Origin: an uncultured Verrucomicrobiae bacterium
GTDB taxonomy: Bacteria; Verrucomicrobiota; Verrucomicrobiia; Chthoniobacterales; UBA10450
Assembly (NCBI GenBank): GCA_963801815.1
Contig: CAWDGJ010000008.1
Span: 32,001 to 96,000 of the forward strand
Reading direction: 5' to 3'
DNA length: 64,000 bases
The position numbers and the translations under genes are program-made. Positions within the stretch are counted from its first letter, which is position 1, and each line of letters starts with the position of its first letter. A model generated the notes under the pieces. The model was given only the letters and a program-made list of their open reading frames with translations. It searched no databases and was not told the origin of the DNA. Positions 47,024-57,592 of the stretch are shown piece after piece.

Positions 47024-47787
47024 TCGTCGCGGGCGGCTTTGACAATCCCAGCGAAGCTGCGCGGATCGAGGCTGGCGCCGCCGACGAGCGCGCCGTCGAT
47101 ATCCGGCTGCGTCATCAACGTGCGCGCGTTGTCCGGTTTGACGCTACCACCGTACTGAATCCGGATCCGATCGGCGGTCGCTTCATCGGACATTTCGCGA
47201 AGGGTGTGGCGGATGAACGAATGAGCTTCCTGTGCTTGTTCCGGTGTTGCGTTGCGGCCGGTGCCGATCGCCCAGACCGGTTCGTAGGCGATCACCGTTT
47301 CCTGCAGTTCTTTTTCGCCAAGATCCTTCAAACTTCCCCGGAGCTGGATCGACAAAATCTTTTCGACGTTCCCTTTGTCGCGCTGCTCGAGCGTTTCGCC
47401 CACACAAACGATCGGTCGAAGTGTGGCTTCGTGCGCGGCGCGGACCTTCTTGTTCACGATTTCATCGCTTTCACCAAACAGACGCCGGCGTTCGCTGTGG
47501 CCCAGAATGACGTAGTGAACGAATAAATCGCGGAGCAACGCCGCACTGATCTCACCGGTGAACGCACCGTTGCGCTCCCAGTGCATATTTTGGGCGCCGA
47601 CCTTGATGCTTTGCCCGCTTTTCTCGAGCAACTCGGTGACCTTCGCAATGGCGGTGAACGGCGGAATGATTACTATGTCGACGTCTCGAATGTCGGCGAC
47701 ATCGATCAGGAATGATTCGATGAACCGGGCCGACTCGGCCTGAGTCATGTTCATCTTCCAGTTAGCCGCAACGATTTTTTTACGCAT
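47020..47787 (-). CDS. tpiA: Triosephosphate isomerase
   Basis: ANWKMN, GAFTGE, GHSERR, AYEPVWAIGTG, YGGSV, LVGGASL. Confidence 0.98.
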   Translation of the reverse strand: MRKKIVAANWKMNMTQAESARFIESFLIDVADIRDVDIVIIPPFTAIAKVTELLEKSGQSIKVGAQNMHWERNGAFTGEISAALLRDLFVHYVILGHSERRRLFGESDEIVNKKVRAAHEATLRPIVCVGETLEQRDKGNVEKILSIQLRGSLKDLGEKELQETVIAYEPVWAIGTGRNATPEQAQEAHSFIRHTLREMSDEATADRIRIQYGGSVKPDNARTLMTQPDIDGALVGGASLDPRSFAGIVKAARDE

Positions 47788-47865
47788 AGATTTTCTGACA
47801 GAATGAACAGAATTTAAAGAATGGCCGGGAGCAGAAAATCATTCTGCCCATTTTGTTGATTCTGT

Positions 47866-49077
47866 CTAAGTCTTATCGGTTAAGGCAGCAACCCCGGGAA
47901 GTTCTTTGCCCTCGAGTAATTCGAGCGACGCGCCGCCGCCGGTGGAAATAAAAGTCATTTTATCGGCGAGGCCGGCTTGTTTCACCGCCGTGACGGAATC
48001 GCCGCCGCCGATAATTGTCGTCGCTCCGGATTTTGCCAGCGCTTCCGCAATCGCGATCGTGCCTTCGGCAAAATCCGGAATTTCGAAGATCCCGACAGGT
48101 CCGTTCCACAGAATCGTTTTCGCTTTCGCGATCTCCTCCTGAAACAACGCAATCGTCGCTTTGCCGATGTCGACCGCCTGCCAACCGTCGGTGATTCCGC
48201 TCTGGCGAGAAAGCCGGCTGGTATTTCTCTCTTTCGCGCCGGGTTTGATTTCCTCCGTCTCAACGACGTCAATCGGCAGCAAAAATTTCACGCCTCGCTT
48301 ATTCGCGAGATCGACAAGTTCCTTGGCCAGATCTGTCTTGTCGGCTTCGACACGGCTCGCGCCGATCGGAATTCCCTCGGCTTTGAAAAAAGTGTTCGCC
48401 ATCGCGCCGCCGATCAGAATCGTGTCCGCTTTTTGCATCAACGCCTGGAGCACGCCGATTTTGTCTGAAACTTTCGAGCCGCCCATGATGACAACGAACG
48501 GTTTGGCCGGCTTGTCGAGTTCCTCGTGAAGATACTTCAGTTCTTTCTCCATTAGGAAACCCATCACGCAGGGTTTGATGAACTTCGCTATGCCGGCGGT
48601 GGAGGCATGCGCACGATGGGCCGCGCCAAAGGCATCGTTCACGTAAATCTCACCGAACTTCGCGAGCGCTTCGGAAAATTTCGGATCGTTTGCTTCTTCC
48701 TCCGGCTGAAACCGCAGGTTCTCGAGCATCGCGACATCACAATCCTGCATCGCTGCGATGATCTTTTGGGGCACCTCGCCGATCGTGTCGTGACTAAAAA
48801 TGACCGGCTGATTGATTAACGTATGCAAATGGTCCGCCACCGGTCGCAGTGAATACTTCGGCACCCGTTCTCCTTTCGGGCGCCCAAAGTGCGACATCAA
48901 AATCGTCCGTGCTCTATTTTCCCTCAGATAATTGATCGTCGGCAACGCTTCACGAATTCGAGTGTCGTCAGTGATTTCAATTTTGTCGCCGTCTTCTTTG
49001 ATCGGCACGTTGAAATCGACGCGCACCAGCACGCGCTTGCCGCGAACATCGACATCTCGAAGCGTGAGTTTCGCCAT
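47866..49077 (-). CDS. pgk: Phosphoglycerate kinase
   Basis: RVDFNVP, SHFGRP, LENLRF, NDAFGAAHRAHAS, ISTGGGASLE.LEGK.LPG. Confidence 0.98.
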   Translation of the reverse strand: MAKLTLRDVDVRGKRVLVRVDFNVPIKEDGDKIEITDDTRIREALPTINYLRENRARTILMSHFGRPKGERVPKYSLRPVADHLHTLINQPVIFSHDTIGEVPQKIIAAMQDCDVAMLENLRFQPEEEANDPKFSEALAKFGEIYVNDAFGAAHRAHASTAGIAKFIKPCVMGFLMEKELKYLHEELDKPAKPFVVIMGGSKVSDKIGVLQALMQKADTILIGGAMANTFFKAEGIPIGASRVEADKTDLAKELVDLANKRGVKFLLPIDVVETEEIKPGAKERNTSRLSRQSGITDGWQAVDIGKATIALFQEEIAKAKTILWNGPVGIFEIPDFAEGTIAIAEALAKSGATTIIGGGDSVTAVKQAGLADKMTFISTGGGASLELLEGKELPGVAALTDKT

Positions 49078-49158
49078 TTTCGACCTAGGCCGGATTAACA
49101 AGATTCACCGGATTTGATTTTCTGGAATCAATTTTAATCCTGTAAATCGTGTCTTCTT

Positions 49159-50160
49159 TTATTTGGCGAGCATTTCCATCATTTCGACGCAACGGTTGCT
49201 GTAGCCCCACTCGTTATCGTACCAACCGACAACCTTCACGAACCGGTTGCCGAGCATGATCGTTAGCTTGCTGTCGAAGATGCAGGAGTGCGGATTGCCG
49301 ATGATGTCGTGTGACACGAGCGGCTCGTCGCTGTATTCGAGTACGCCTTTGTAACTTTTGTCGCCGGCAGCTTCCTTAAACGCGGCATTGATGGCATCAA
49401 CCGTGGCATCTTTTTCGAGCACCGCGCTGAAATCGGTCACCGAACCGTCCGGGGTCGGCACGCGGAAGGCGCCGCCGTTCAATTTGCCTTTCAAATCGGG
49501 AATGACTTCTCCGATCGCTTTCGCGGCCCCGGTGCTTGAAGGAATGATGCTGACCGCCGCCGCCCGCGCGCGTCGTAAATCTTCGTGCGGAAGATCCAGG
49601 ATACGCTGGTCGTTGGTGTAAGCGTGGATCGTGCTCATGAAACCATGAGCGATTCCGAATTTCTGGTGCAACACTTTCGCCAGCGGCGCGAGACAATTGG
49701 TCGTGCAGCTCGCGTTCGAAACGATCGTGTGCTTCTGCGGATCATAAACGTCGTCGTTGATCCCGATGCAAATCGTTGCATCAGGATTCTTCGCAGGAGC
49801 TGAAATGAGAACGCGCTTCGCGCCACCTTTGCTAAGGTGTAGCTCGGCTTTATCGCGAGCAGTGAAGAATCCGGTCGATTCGAGCACCACGTCGACATCC
49901 AATTTTTTCCACGGCAAGTTTCCGGGGTCACGTTCCTTAAAGATCTTAATCTTGTGGCCGCGAACGATGATGCTCTCCGCGTCGTGACCGATCTCGCCGT
50001 TGAATTTTCCGTGGACCGAGTCCCATTTTAGCAAATGGGCAAGCGTCTTGGTGTCAGTGATATCGTTGATTGCCTGGACGTGCTCGACTTGTTTTTGCGT
50101 CATTGCGCGAAGGACATTGCGTCCGATGCGCCCGAAGCCATTGATTGCGTAATTAGCCAT
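49159..50160 (-). CDS. gap: Type I glyceraldehyde-3-phosphate dehydrogenase
   Basis: INGFGRIGR, SNASCTTNCLAP, WYDNEWGYSNR. Confidence 0.98.
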   Translation of the reverse strand: MANYAINGFGRIGRNVLRAMTQKQVEHVQAINDITDTKTLAHLLKWDSVHGKFNGEIGHDAESIIVRGHKIKIFKERDPGNLPWKKLDVDVVLESTGFFTARDKAELHLSKGGAKRVLISAPAKNPDATICIGINDDVYDPQKHTIVSNASCTTNCLAPLAKVLHQKFGIAHGFMSTIHAYTNDQRILDLPHEDLRRARAAAVSIIPSSTGAAKAIGEVIPDLKGKLNGGAFRVPTPDGSVTDFSAVLEKDATVDAINAAFKEAAGDKSYKGVLEYSDEPLVSHDIIGNPHSCIFDSKLTIMLGNRFVKVVGWYDNEWGYSNRCVEMMEMLAK

Positions 50161-50230
50161 AGATAGATTTCCGAATTGCGACTTATCGATTGCTGAGATT
50201 CGTCAGCAATCAGGAGGGCGGAAAAATAGA

Positions 50231-50929
50231 ATGGGCGACTCGATGAAGCAATTGAGAAGTATCGTTGTTATTTTCTCGATCTTCTGCGTGCAAACTGCAC
50301 CCGCCATCGCCCGCGATTCCTCACCGATGAAGCGAATCCTCGTGCTCGGCGATAGCCTATCAGCCGGCTTCGGTCTGAAATCGAGCCAGGCGTGGCCCGC
50401 ATTGGTGACAGAAAAAATGCGCGAGCACGGTCTAACGAATTTCGAGATCACGAACGCCAGTCAAACCGGTGGGACAACTGGGGGCGGATTGCAGCGTCTT
50501 CCCCCGCACTTAAAGCGGAAGATCGACATCTTCATTCTCGAGCTCGGAATCAATGACGCGTTTCGTGGCGTGCCGATCGCGCAAATTCGAGACAACCTGC
50601 AAATGATCGTCGATCGGGTAAAAGAACGAAATCCAAACGCGCGCGTAATCATTGCCGGCATGCAACTTCCGAATTACACCGCGGACGATTACGTTTCTGC
50701 GTTCGCGGGAATTTATGCCGAACTCGCTGCGAAAAATAAAGCACTGCTAATTCCATATTTGCTTGAAGGTGTCGGTGGCGATCCGTTGTTGAATCAGCCG
50801 GACCATGTGCATCCAAATGCGGCCGGTCAGAAGATTCTTACCGACAATGTCTGGCGCGTGCTCGAGCCGATCGCACGTGAAGTTGCGAGCGGACCCTCAC
50901 CCGACGCTGCCGCGGCTTCCTCTCCCTGA
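50231..50929 (+). CDS. SGNH/GDSL arylesterase (TesA-like)
   Basis: LGDSLSAG, LELGIND, D..HPN; signal peptide. The C-terminus runs into a REP-like hairpin (50894-50950). Confidence 0.9.
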   Translation: MGDSMKQLRSIVVIFSIFCVQTAPAIARDSSPMKRILVLGDSLSAGFGLKSSQAWPALVTEKMREHGLTNFEITNASQTGGTTGGGLQRLPPHLKRKIDIFILELGINDAFRGVPIAQIRDNLQMIVDRVKERNPNARVIIAGMQLPNYTADDYVSAFAGIYAELAAKNKALLIPYLLEGVGGDPLLNQPDHVHPNAAGQKILTDNVWRVLEPIAREVASGPSPDAAAASSP

Positions 50930-51007
50930 GGGAGAGGAGTAAGGTGAGGGCAAGGTTCAGCAATTCTACTAACGACCAGCATAGCGATGAGCAGCGTAAA
51001 TTGATTG

Positions 51008-51298
51008 ATGGATCCGGCACGCCCAAACGAGCCCGAACCGAGCGACCCGTTTAATCCCGAACGCGCTGATCACGCCGTCATCGAAACGATCGAGATCGCC
51101 ACCGAAGGCGAAGATTGCGACGCCTGTGTCCGCAAACTGCGCCCAGTGTTGATGAAAATTCCAGGGGTCCTCGACGTAGTTGTGGATCTTCCCGACGAAC
51201 GCGTGATCGTGAAATTCGACGCCCGCAAAGTTCACGTGCCCGATTTGCACGACGCGGTTCTGCAGAGTGGCTACAAACCGGCGCCCGTAGCGGATTAG
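51008..51298 (+). CDS. Heavy-metal-associated (CopZ-like) protein
   Basis: EDCDACV motif, PGV..V.VDL, GY. Confidence 0.8.
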   Translation: MDPARPNEPEPSDPFNPERADHAVIETIEIATEGEDCDACVRKLRPVLMKIPGVLDVVVDLPDERVIVKFDARKVHVPDLHDAVLQSGYKPAPVAD

Positions 51299-51339
51299 GC
51301 TGTAGTGGCTTATCGAATGGCGATTGAAGTCAATCGCCG

Positions 51340-52398
51340 CTACCTGATCTCTGGTTGCTGCTGGGTTAGACAGTGGAATGTGCCGAGGCCCCAGATTAAT
51401 TCGCGACAATCGATCCCAACCACGCGGCGGTTTGGAAAACAATCTTGCAAGATCGACAATGCCATTTTGTCGGCGGGATCGGCAAATGTTGGAATGAGCA
51501 CAACTTCGTTCGCGATGTAAAAGTTGGCGTAACTCGCGGGAAGCCGCATTCCTTCGCGAACGATCCTCTTCGGCATCGGCAATGTGACGATGTCGATCTT
51601 GTCCCGCTTAGCGGGGCCAATCTTCATTTCGCGGAGGCGAGCGAGATTTTCCTGAAGCGGTTTGTAGTTCGCGTCATCACGATTTTCTTCGACCACGGTC
51701 ACGACCTTCGTTTCGGCAACGAAGCGCGCGAGATCGTCGATGTGGCCATCGGTATCGTCCCCTTCGATTCCATCGCCGAGCCAAAGGATTTCGCTAACGC
51801 CAAGAAAGTCGCGTAAGCGCTCCTCAATTTGGCGGCGCGATAGATTCGGGTTGCGGTTCGTATTTAGAAGACACGACTCGCTGGTGAGAAGCGTGCCGGC
51901 CCCGTTCACCTCGATCGACCCGCCTTCCAAAATCATTTTCGGATAGAAAACCGGGACCTTCAGGAGCTCAGCTACCCGGGTCGGCACAACTTCGTCGAGA
52001 TCGAACGGCGGATATTTGTTTCCCCAGGCGTTGTAGTCCCAGTCAACGATCGCCAGTCTTGGATCGGCGTCGCGGGTCAGGAAGATCGGGCCATGATCGC
52101 GGCACCACGGCTCGTTCGTCGGGAGCTCATAATAAGTAATGCATTCCTGATTCGGCAACGGGTCGAGGACTGCCCGCGCTTCGGCTTCATGCGCACCATT
52201 GATCACGTTGATGCAAACCGCCTCGCTCTCGGTCAACGCGCCGACCATTTCGCGCAACGCGGGAAGAACACGATCGAACGAATCGGGAAAACTGATTCCT
52301 TCGCGGCGCGGCCAGGAAAGCCAGGTCGCGGAATGCGGCTCCCACTCGGCCGGCATGCGATAACCGAGCTGAGCGGGAGTTTTGTCCGCCGATTCCAT
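51340..52398 (-). CDS. aguA: Agmatine deiminase-family protein
   Basis: RMPAEWEPH, WCRDHGP, LEGGSI..NG.G, DTDGHIDD, ASYANF, G..HCLTQQQP. Confidence 0.92.
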   Translation of the reverse strand: MESADKTPAQLGYRMPAEWEPHSATWLSWPRREGISFPDSFDRVLPALREMVGALTESEAVCINVINGAHEAEARAVLDPLPNQECITYYELPTNEPWCRDHGPIFLTRDADPRLAIVDWDYNAWGNKYPPFDLDEVVPTRVAELLKVPVFYPKMILEGGSIEVNGAGTLLTSESCLLNTNRNPNLSRRQIEERLRDFLGVSEILWLGDGIEGDDTDGHIDDLARFVAETKVVTVVEENRDDANYKPLQENLARLREMKIGPAKRDKIDIVTLPMPKRIVREGMRLPASYANFYIANEVVLIPTFADPADKMALSILQDCFPNRRVVGIDCRELIWGLGTFHCLTQQQPEIR

Positions 52399-52407
52399 TT
52401 ATCAATT

Positions 52408-52540
52408 AAGCACCAAATCCCAAGCACCAAATCCCAAACAATTTCAAATAACCAAAAATTCCAAACCGTGCGCATAAGCCGCACGTAGGTTTAAAGCTTG
52501 GGATTTCCCTGGAACCTGGGATTTGGCGATTTGGAATTTC
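52408..52540. repeat. Degenerate 7-mer repeats (ACCAAAT/CCCAAGC-type) in inverted arrangement
   Basis: AAGCACCAAATCCCAAGCACCAAATCCCAAAC ... TTGGGATTT..TGGGATTTGGCGATTTGGAATTT. Confidence 0.7.
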
Positions 52541-52548
52541 CGCCGCGG

Positions 52549-52971
52549 CTACTGCGCGGCGGCTCGCGGTTTGTAAATTGCGCCGACCAGTGCGCCCATG
52601 ATGGCGAAGCAAACCAGGTCAGCGACGAACCACATCAACAATATGTTGGTGGTCAGCGGTTCGACTGCGAACCGAATGATGTTGACGCCACAGGCCAGGA
52701 TTCCAATCACGATGCCGTAACCGAATCCCATCCCGGCGCTGTTAACTCCGACTTTGCTGACGTAAAGGCCAGTGAACGCGAAGGCGACAACGGCGTGGCC
52801 GAGAATCAGAATCGGAAAATGGCTGTTGAAGTCAGCTTCCGCACGCCACATGGATGCCGTGGCCTGATACATCGGCTTCATCAACATGCCATGCCACAAG
52901 AAGCCGAACAAAAACATGAAAACGAACGCAACGATGAATGCAATGAAACCTCGTTTGTGGTTGTGATTCAT
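52549..52971 (-). CDS. Small 4-TM membrane protein (DUF1761-like)
   Basis: Four hydrophobic segments; FLWHG..M...Y and terminal GAIYKP. Confidence 0.6.
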   Translation of the reverse strand: MNHNHKRGFIAFIVAFVFMFLFGFLWHGMLMKPMYQATASMWRAEADFNSHFPILILGHAVVAFAFTGLYVSKVGVNSAGMGFGYGIVIGILACGVNIIRFAVEPLTTNILLMWFVADLVCFAIMGALVGAIYKPRAAAQ

Positions 52972-53032
52972 GCGCCCTTCTAATGACGATCGCGTCCGGT
53001 TGTCGATCCTAAAGACGGGGGCTCACACCTAG

Positions 53033-54079
53033 TCAATCCTGCAACCCGGGAATGTGACCGTAACCGATAAATGTCGGCCGCAATTTGCCGTCGCCGTTAC
53101 CATCGTGGTGCTGAACTTTGAAATCGAACACGCTTACGCCGAAGCGGGATTCACCTTGATAAACACGGCCGTCACTCGCGCCCACCATGACGCGGTTTCC
53201 GGTCTTCTTTTCGCGGCCAAGATAAATCATCGCGTGCGTGATCGGTGGATCGCGCTGGACCGAATACGTTCCGGTCCAAAATAGCAGGTCACCCGGCTTC
53301 AAATCTTCCAATTCAAACGAATCGTCCTTTTCGCTCATCACAGATTCAAACAGCCGGGCGCGGCGCAGCCAGACGTATTGTTCGGCTGAATCGCGCGGGA
53401 CGTCGGCAACCTCATTTTGTTTAAGCACGTAGTAAACGAATCCCGAACAGTCCATCCCGCCGCTGGCTGGATCGGCCGAACCGTATTTGTAATCGAGATT
53501 GCGCGTGGTCAGCTCGAGCGCCGAGGTCAGGAGCTTCTGGACTTTGAGCGGGTAATTTTCGAAACCTTTGATCTGATTCGGCAATAACGTTGCGTTGGCA
53601 GCGTGTTGCTTCTTGGCGGGACTCGGGGTTGAGGATGGTTGCGGCGTCTCGCTCGGGCTGGGAGATGCAGTTTCAATCGGAGAGGCCGACGGTTCCGGCG
53701 CTGGCGAACCTTTCTTTTTTCGATGCGGTGACGCCGTCGGCGACGGCGTTGGAGTTGGGGAACTTTTCTTTTTCCTGGTTGTAGCGGATGGCGATTCTTC
53801 TTCGGCGGGTTTTGACTTCTTCTTCTTCGGCGAAGGCGACGCCGACGGAGTCGGTGAACTTTCTTCGCGAGCCGGCGATGATTTCTTCGAGGGAGTTGGA
53901 CCTATGGTCGGCGATTTTTTTTTGGTCGCGGTCGTGGCTGTTTTCTTTCGGGGTTTCGGGGTTGGTGTCGGCGTAGAAAAGGCCTTCTTCAGCGCCTGGC
54001 CAAGACTTTGCTCGGCTGGTCTCGCCGTCTCAATCGGCAAGACAATGACTGCGATTAAAATGAGAAGGCGGAAAAACAT
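53033..54079 (-). CDS. Secreted NlpC/P60 (C40) peptidase with Lys/Ser/Pro/Thr-rich linker
   Basis: Y.YGS.DP..GG.DCSGFV, PRDS..QY, LKPGDLLF, ITHAMIYLG. Confidence 0.88.
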   Translation of the reverse strand: MFFRLLILIAVIVLPIETARPAEQSLGQALKKAFSTPTPTPKPRKKTATTATKKKSPTIGPTPSKKSSPAREESSPTPSASPSPKKKKSKPAEEESPSATTRKKKSSPTPTPSPTASPHRKKKGSPAPEPSASPIETASPSPSETPQPSSTPSPAKKQHAANATLLPNQIKGFENYPLKVQKLLTSALELTTRNLDYKYGSADPASGGMDCSGFVYYVLKQNEVADVPRDSAEQYVWLRRARLFESVMSEKDDSFELEDLKPGDLLFWTGTYSVQRDPPITHAMIYLGREKKTGNRVMVGASDGRVYQGESRFGVSVFDFKVQHHDGNGDGKLRPTFIGYGHIPGLQD

Positions 54080-54153
54080 GTAATCCCTGGTTGGACGCAG
54101 AATGTTCAGGATTCCTTGAATCAGAATTGGCCCTGCATGTTAATCTCTATCGT

Positions 54154-55872
54154 ATGAGAGCAATTCGTCCTGCCATCCTGTTTCTCGTCATCGTCGATCT
54201 TGCCTCGGGCCAAATCGACCGGATTACCGGTAAGAGCTTTGCAACCCGCTCCGAGATTTTGGCCCGACACGGAATGGTCTGCACCAGCGTACCGGCGGCA
54301 ACACAAGTCGGACTCGATATTTTGAAAAAGGGCGGGAGCGCAGTCGACGCCGCGATCGCGGCAAACGCGACGCTCGGCCTAATGGAACCGGTTTCGAATG
54401 GAGTCGGCGGCGATCTGTTTGCGATCGTTTACAGCGCGAAGGACAACAAACTTTACGGAATCAACGGCAGCGGACGTTCGCCGCTCGGCTTGAGCTACGA
54501 TCAAATGAAAGCCGAGCTCGACAAACTCAATCGCAAGACGATCCCGCCGACGGGAATGTTGCCGATCAGCGTTCCCGGAACGGTGGACGCCTGGGCCGAG
54601 CTGCACAAAAAATTCGGCAAACTGAAACTGAGCGATGATCTCGCGCCGGCGGTTCATTACGCCGAAGAAGGTTTTCCGGTCACGGACTTGATCGCCTATT
54701 ACTGGGCGTTTGGCCCGCGGCTTTACAAAGGACTCCCTGGAGCGTTTCTCGAAACCTACACACTCGACGGGAAGGGCCGCACTCCGGCAAAAGCCGACAT
54801 TTTCAAGAACCCGGCGCTGGCGAACACGCTCCGATTGATTGGCGAGAAGGGCCGCGACGCTTTCTACAAAGGCGATATCGCGGACAAAATCGACAAGTTC
54901 ATGCAGGAGAATGGTGGCTTTCTGCGCAAGGTCGATTTCGAAAAACATTCGAGCACCTGGGTCGAGCCAGTTTCAGTGAATTATCGCGGCTACGATATCT
55001 TTGAGCTGCCACCGAACGGTCAGGGCATCGCGACGTTGCAAATCCTGAACATTCTCGAGGGTTTCGATTTGAAGGCAATGGGCCGCAACTCGCCCGACAC
55101 ATTACACACCATGATCGAGGCCAAGAAAATCGCCTGGGCCGATCGCGCCAAATATTACGCCGACCCGGCGTTCGCAAAGATTCCCTTAACCAAGTTGCTG
55201 TCGAAAGAATACGCGGCCGAGCGGCGCAAATTAATCGATCCGATGCACGCAGCGAAATCCGTGGCCGCGGGCAAGATCGATAACGGCGACACGATTTACA
55301 TGTGCGCAGCGGACGACGAAGGCAACATGGTGTCGTTGATTCAAAGCAACTATCGCGGAATGGGCAGCGGCATTGTCGTACCCGGCCTCGGTTTTACCTT
55401 TCATGACCGGGGCGAGCTTTTTTCGATGGAGCCGGGACACGCAAATGTTTACGCGCCGGGGAAACGGCCATTTCACACAATTATTCCAGGATTTGTGATG
55501 AAAGATGGGAAACCATGGGAAGCGTTCGGCGTAATGGGTGGCGGAATGCAGCCCCAGGGACACGTCCAGGTGCTCACGAACCAGATCGATTTCGGACTCA
55601 ATGTGCAGGAAGCCGGCGATGCCTCGCGCTGGCAGCACGAAGGAGACAACGAACCGACTGGCGAGAAAATGGAAACCGGAGGTTACGTGAATTTGGAATC
55701 CGGAATTCCGATGGAAACCCAGCGCGAGTTATGGAAGCGCGGCCACAATGTCCGTTTTGACGTAGGCGGTTATGGTGGTTACCAGGCGATCAAAGTGGAG
55801 ATGCATGACGGGCAACGCGTTTATGTCGGCGCCAGCGAATCGCGAAAAGACGGACAAGCCGCCGGTTATTAG
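54154..55872 (+). CDS. ggt: Gamma-glutamyltransferase
   Basis: GGSAVDAAIA, G.GGD.F, VPG.V, ELPPNGQG, nucleophile GDT, PGKRPFHTIIP, GVMGG.MQPQG. Confidence 0.95.
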   Translation: MRAIRPAILFLVIVDLASGQIDRITGKSFATRSEILARHGMVCTSVPAATQVGLDILKKGGSAVDAAIAANATLGLMEPVSNGVGGDLFAIVYSAKDNKLYGINGSGRSPLGLSYDQMKAELDKLNRKTIPPTGMLPISVPGTVDAWAELHKKFGKLKLSDDLAPAVHYAEEGFPVTDLIAYYWAFGPRLYKGLPGAFLETYTLDGKGRTPAKADIFKNPALANTLRLIGEKGRDAFYKGDIADKIDKFMQENGGFLRKVDFEKHSSTWVEPVSVNYRGYDIFELPPNGQGIATLQILNILEGFDLKAMGRNSPDTLHTMIEAKKIAWADRAKYYADPAFAKIPLTKLLSKEYAAERRKLIDPMHAAKSVAAGKIDNGDTIYMCAADDEGNMVSLIQSNYRGMGSGIVVPGLGFTFHDRGELFSMEPGHANVYAPGKRPFHTIIPGFVMKDGKPWEAFGVMGGGMQPQGHVQVLTNQIDFGLNVQEAGDASRWQHEGDNEPTGEKMETGGYVNLESGIPMETQRELWKRGHNVRFDVGGYGGYQAIKVEMHDGQRVYVGASESRKDGQAAGY

Positions 55873-56468
55873 TTCTTCTGCCCTGTCAGCTCCGCGAGCT
55901 TTTGTTGGGCGCGGGCAACGTCGGATCTGCGGGCGCTGCCCAGTGCGAGAAGCTTTTCCTGGCGATGCACGTTGGCTTCAGCCGCATCGAGGTCGGCCTG
56001 TTCGCGCTTCGTACTGGCGGAGTGCGCCGCTTCGATCGCGAGCGCGAGATTATTTTCCGCCGGGGTGACCTCCGTCTTCGCGATTTCGCCCGCGCCTAGC
56101 TGCTTGTCCTTCTGCAACATCTGTTCCTTCGCCACGACCAAGCGGGCATTCGCCAACTGAAATTCAAGATGGACCACCCGCAGCTTGCGTTGCTCGACTT
56201 CCAATTTTGAAAGCGCACCGATTTTTAGAAGCTTGTCCAGCCCGGCGAGATTTCTTTTTGCCCGCTCGAACTGTTGTTCGAGTTTGGCAAGATCGACGTC
56301 GCGGGGCGAATCATTCGAAGCTCTCGACTCCGGCAACGGTTCATTGTCCCGATTTGGAATCAATAACGGCGGTTCGATGTCGAATGAGTCCGGTTCCAAG
56401 TCGGAGGATTTGTTATCAGCGAGGGCGATCGAGCTGATCGTCAGGAGAAGCGCAGCCAGGCGCCACAT
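55869..56468 (-). CDS. Secreted coiled-coil hypothetical protein
   Basis: Signal peptide; repeated helical hairpins (L.K.GA.S..E / LL..G.A..SD) reminiscent of HlyD/TolC hairpins. Confidence 0.6.
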   Translation of the reverse strand: MWRLAALLLTISSIALADNKSSDLEPDSFDIEPPLLIPNRDNEPLPESRASNDSPRDVDLAKLEQQFERAKRNLAGLDKLLKIGALSKLEVEQRKLRVVHLEFQLANARLVVAKEQMLQKDKQLGAGEIAKTEVTPAENNLALAIEAAHSASTKREQADLDAAEANVHRQEKLLALGSARRSDVARAQQKLAELTGQKN

Positions 56469-56500
56469 GCACGAAACTTAAGCGAAAACAACGTCGGAGG

Positions 56501-57415
56501 CTAGTGACGACCGCCGGCCTGGTGACCCATCATGCCGGTCGCTCCGCCAAAACCGCGACTGCCTGTACCGCCGCCAATAGCACCGCTCAGTCCGCCCCGG
56601 CCGCCTGCCATCATCATCTGACTTTGCGAGTGAACCGTACCCAGGTTCGCGCGCACCTGACCGGCATTGTGCTCATAGGTTTGCATTGCCAGCCTGGTGG
56701 CGTTCGCCGGCCTGGCAATCGAAGAAGCAGTTTTCAAGACATTTCCTGCTCTGCAGACGGTGCTTTGCTGAACGGCGGAACCCTGTCGATGACGCGACTT
56801 CACGGTGTGACTCGTCACATTTTGTACCGTCTTGGAATTCATCGAGACAGCTCTCTGATAGAAAGATTGGGAGATCGCATCCGCACCGCGGGGAAGAGAA
56901 TTTAGCCCGTTGCCGACGGCAGAACCACTGTTCGAGAAAGGGGTCGACGTCGGGTCGGAAGCGGCGAGTCCACCCGGATTAATTCCACCAGACGGCGTCG
57001 CCGGCTGCGATAAGTCCCGAGGAAAGAACCTTCGATCAAACGGCGAGACGTTACGTGTGTTCCTGGAGTCGGATGACGTGCTGCCAAATCGATCCACCGC
57101 ATTCGCTTGACTGCCGTCGAGCCGCCCGGTCGAATCCGGCCTGGGATAAAGAACTTCGCGTGGCCAGGCGGCAGCCGTTCGCACCACCTCCGTGCCATTA
57201 AAAAAATAAAAGGCACTGAACAAACCACCAAGAGAAGCAATTACGACAAACACAATGTTCGTCCAGGTCGAATGACTAAAGCCAAACGCGTTAACTAAAA
57301 GAGCGATAAGATTTTGCGTCGATGGCGCCTGCCCAGTTTCCGGGGCGACGACAGACGGCGAAACCAGTTTTTCTTCGGGTTTTGAAAGAGCGTTGTGGAA
57401 GTCAAGCTGAGGCAT
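56501..57415 (-). CDS. Single-TM hypothetical protein with low-complexity Ser/Gly tail
   Basis: Hydrophobic segment followed by FNG.E.VR.AAAWP.E.LY.RP; Gly-rich C-terminus. Confidence 0.55.
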   Translation of the reverse strand: MPQLDFHNALSKPEEKLVSPSVVAPETGQAPSTQNLIALLVNAFGFSHSTWTNIVFVVIASLGGLFSAFYFFNGTEVVRTAAAWPREVLYPRPDSTGRLDGSQANAVDRFGSTSSDSRNTRNVSPFDRRFFPRDLSQPATPSGGINPGGLAASDPTSTPFSNSGSAVGNGLNSLPRGADAISQSFYQRAVSMNSKTVQNVTSHTVKSRHRQGSAVQQSTVCRAGNVLKTASSIARPANATRLAMQTYEHNAGQVRANLGTVHSQSQMMMAGGRGGLSGAIGGGTGSRGFGGATGMMGHQAGGRH

Positions 57416-57592
57416 ATTGATGATTGCCGGCTGGGTTGGCTGCCGGCGGAGTCTGCCTTTTTGCAGCATAAGCCGTTCCGAAAAAGGGATCGTGAAATGA
57501 ATTTAACCAATTTTTGTAACAATCAGGCGCCAAGCATTTTTCCTTTTGCAAACGCCATTCTTATGGCATAGGACACGCTCCGAAACGCTTCC

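Noticed and set aside
1230..52540. CRISPR array
   Set aside because: Repeats are short degenerate units or dispersed palindromes, with no regular repeat-spacer pattern and no cas genes.
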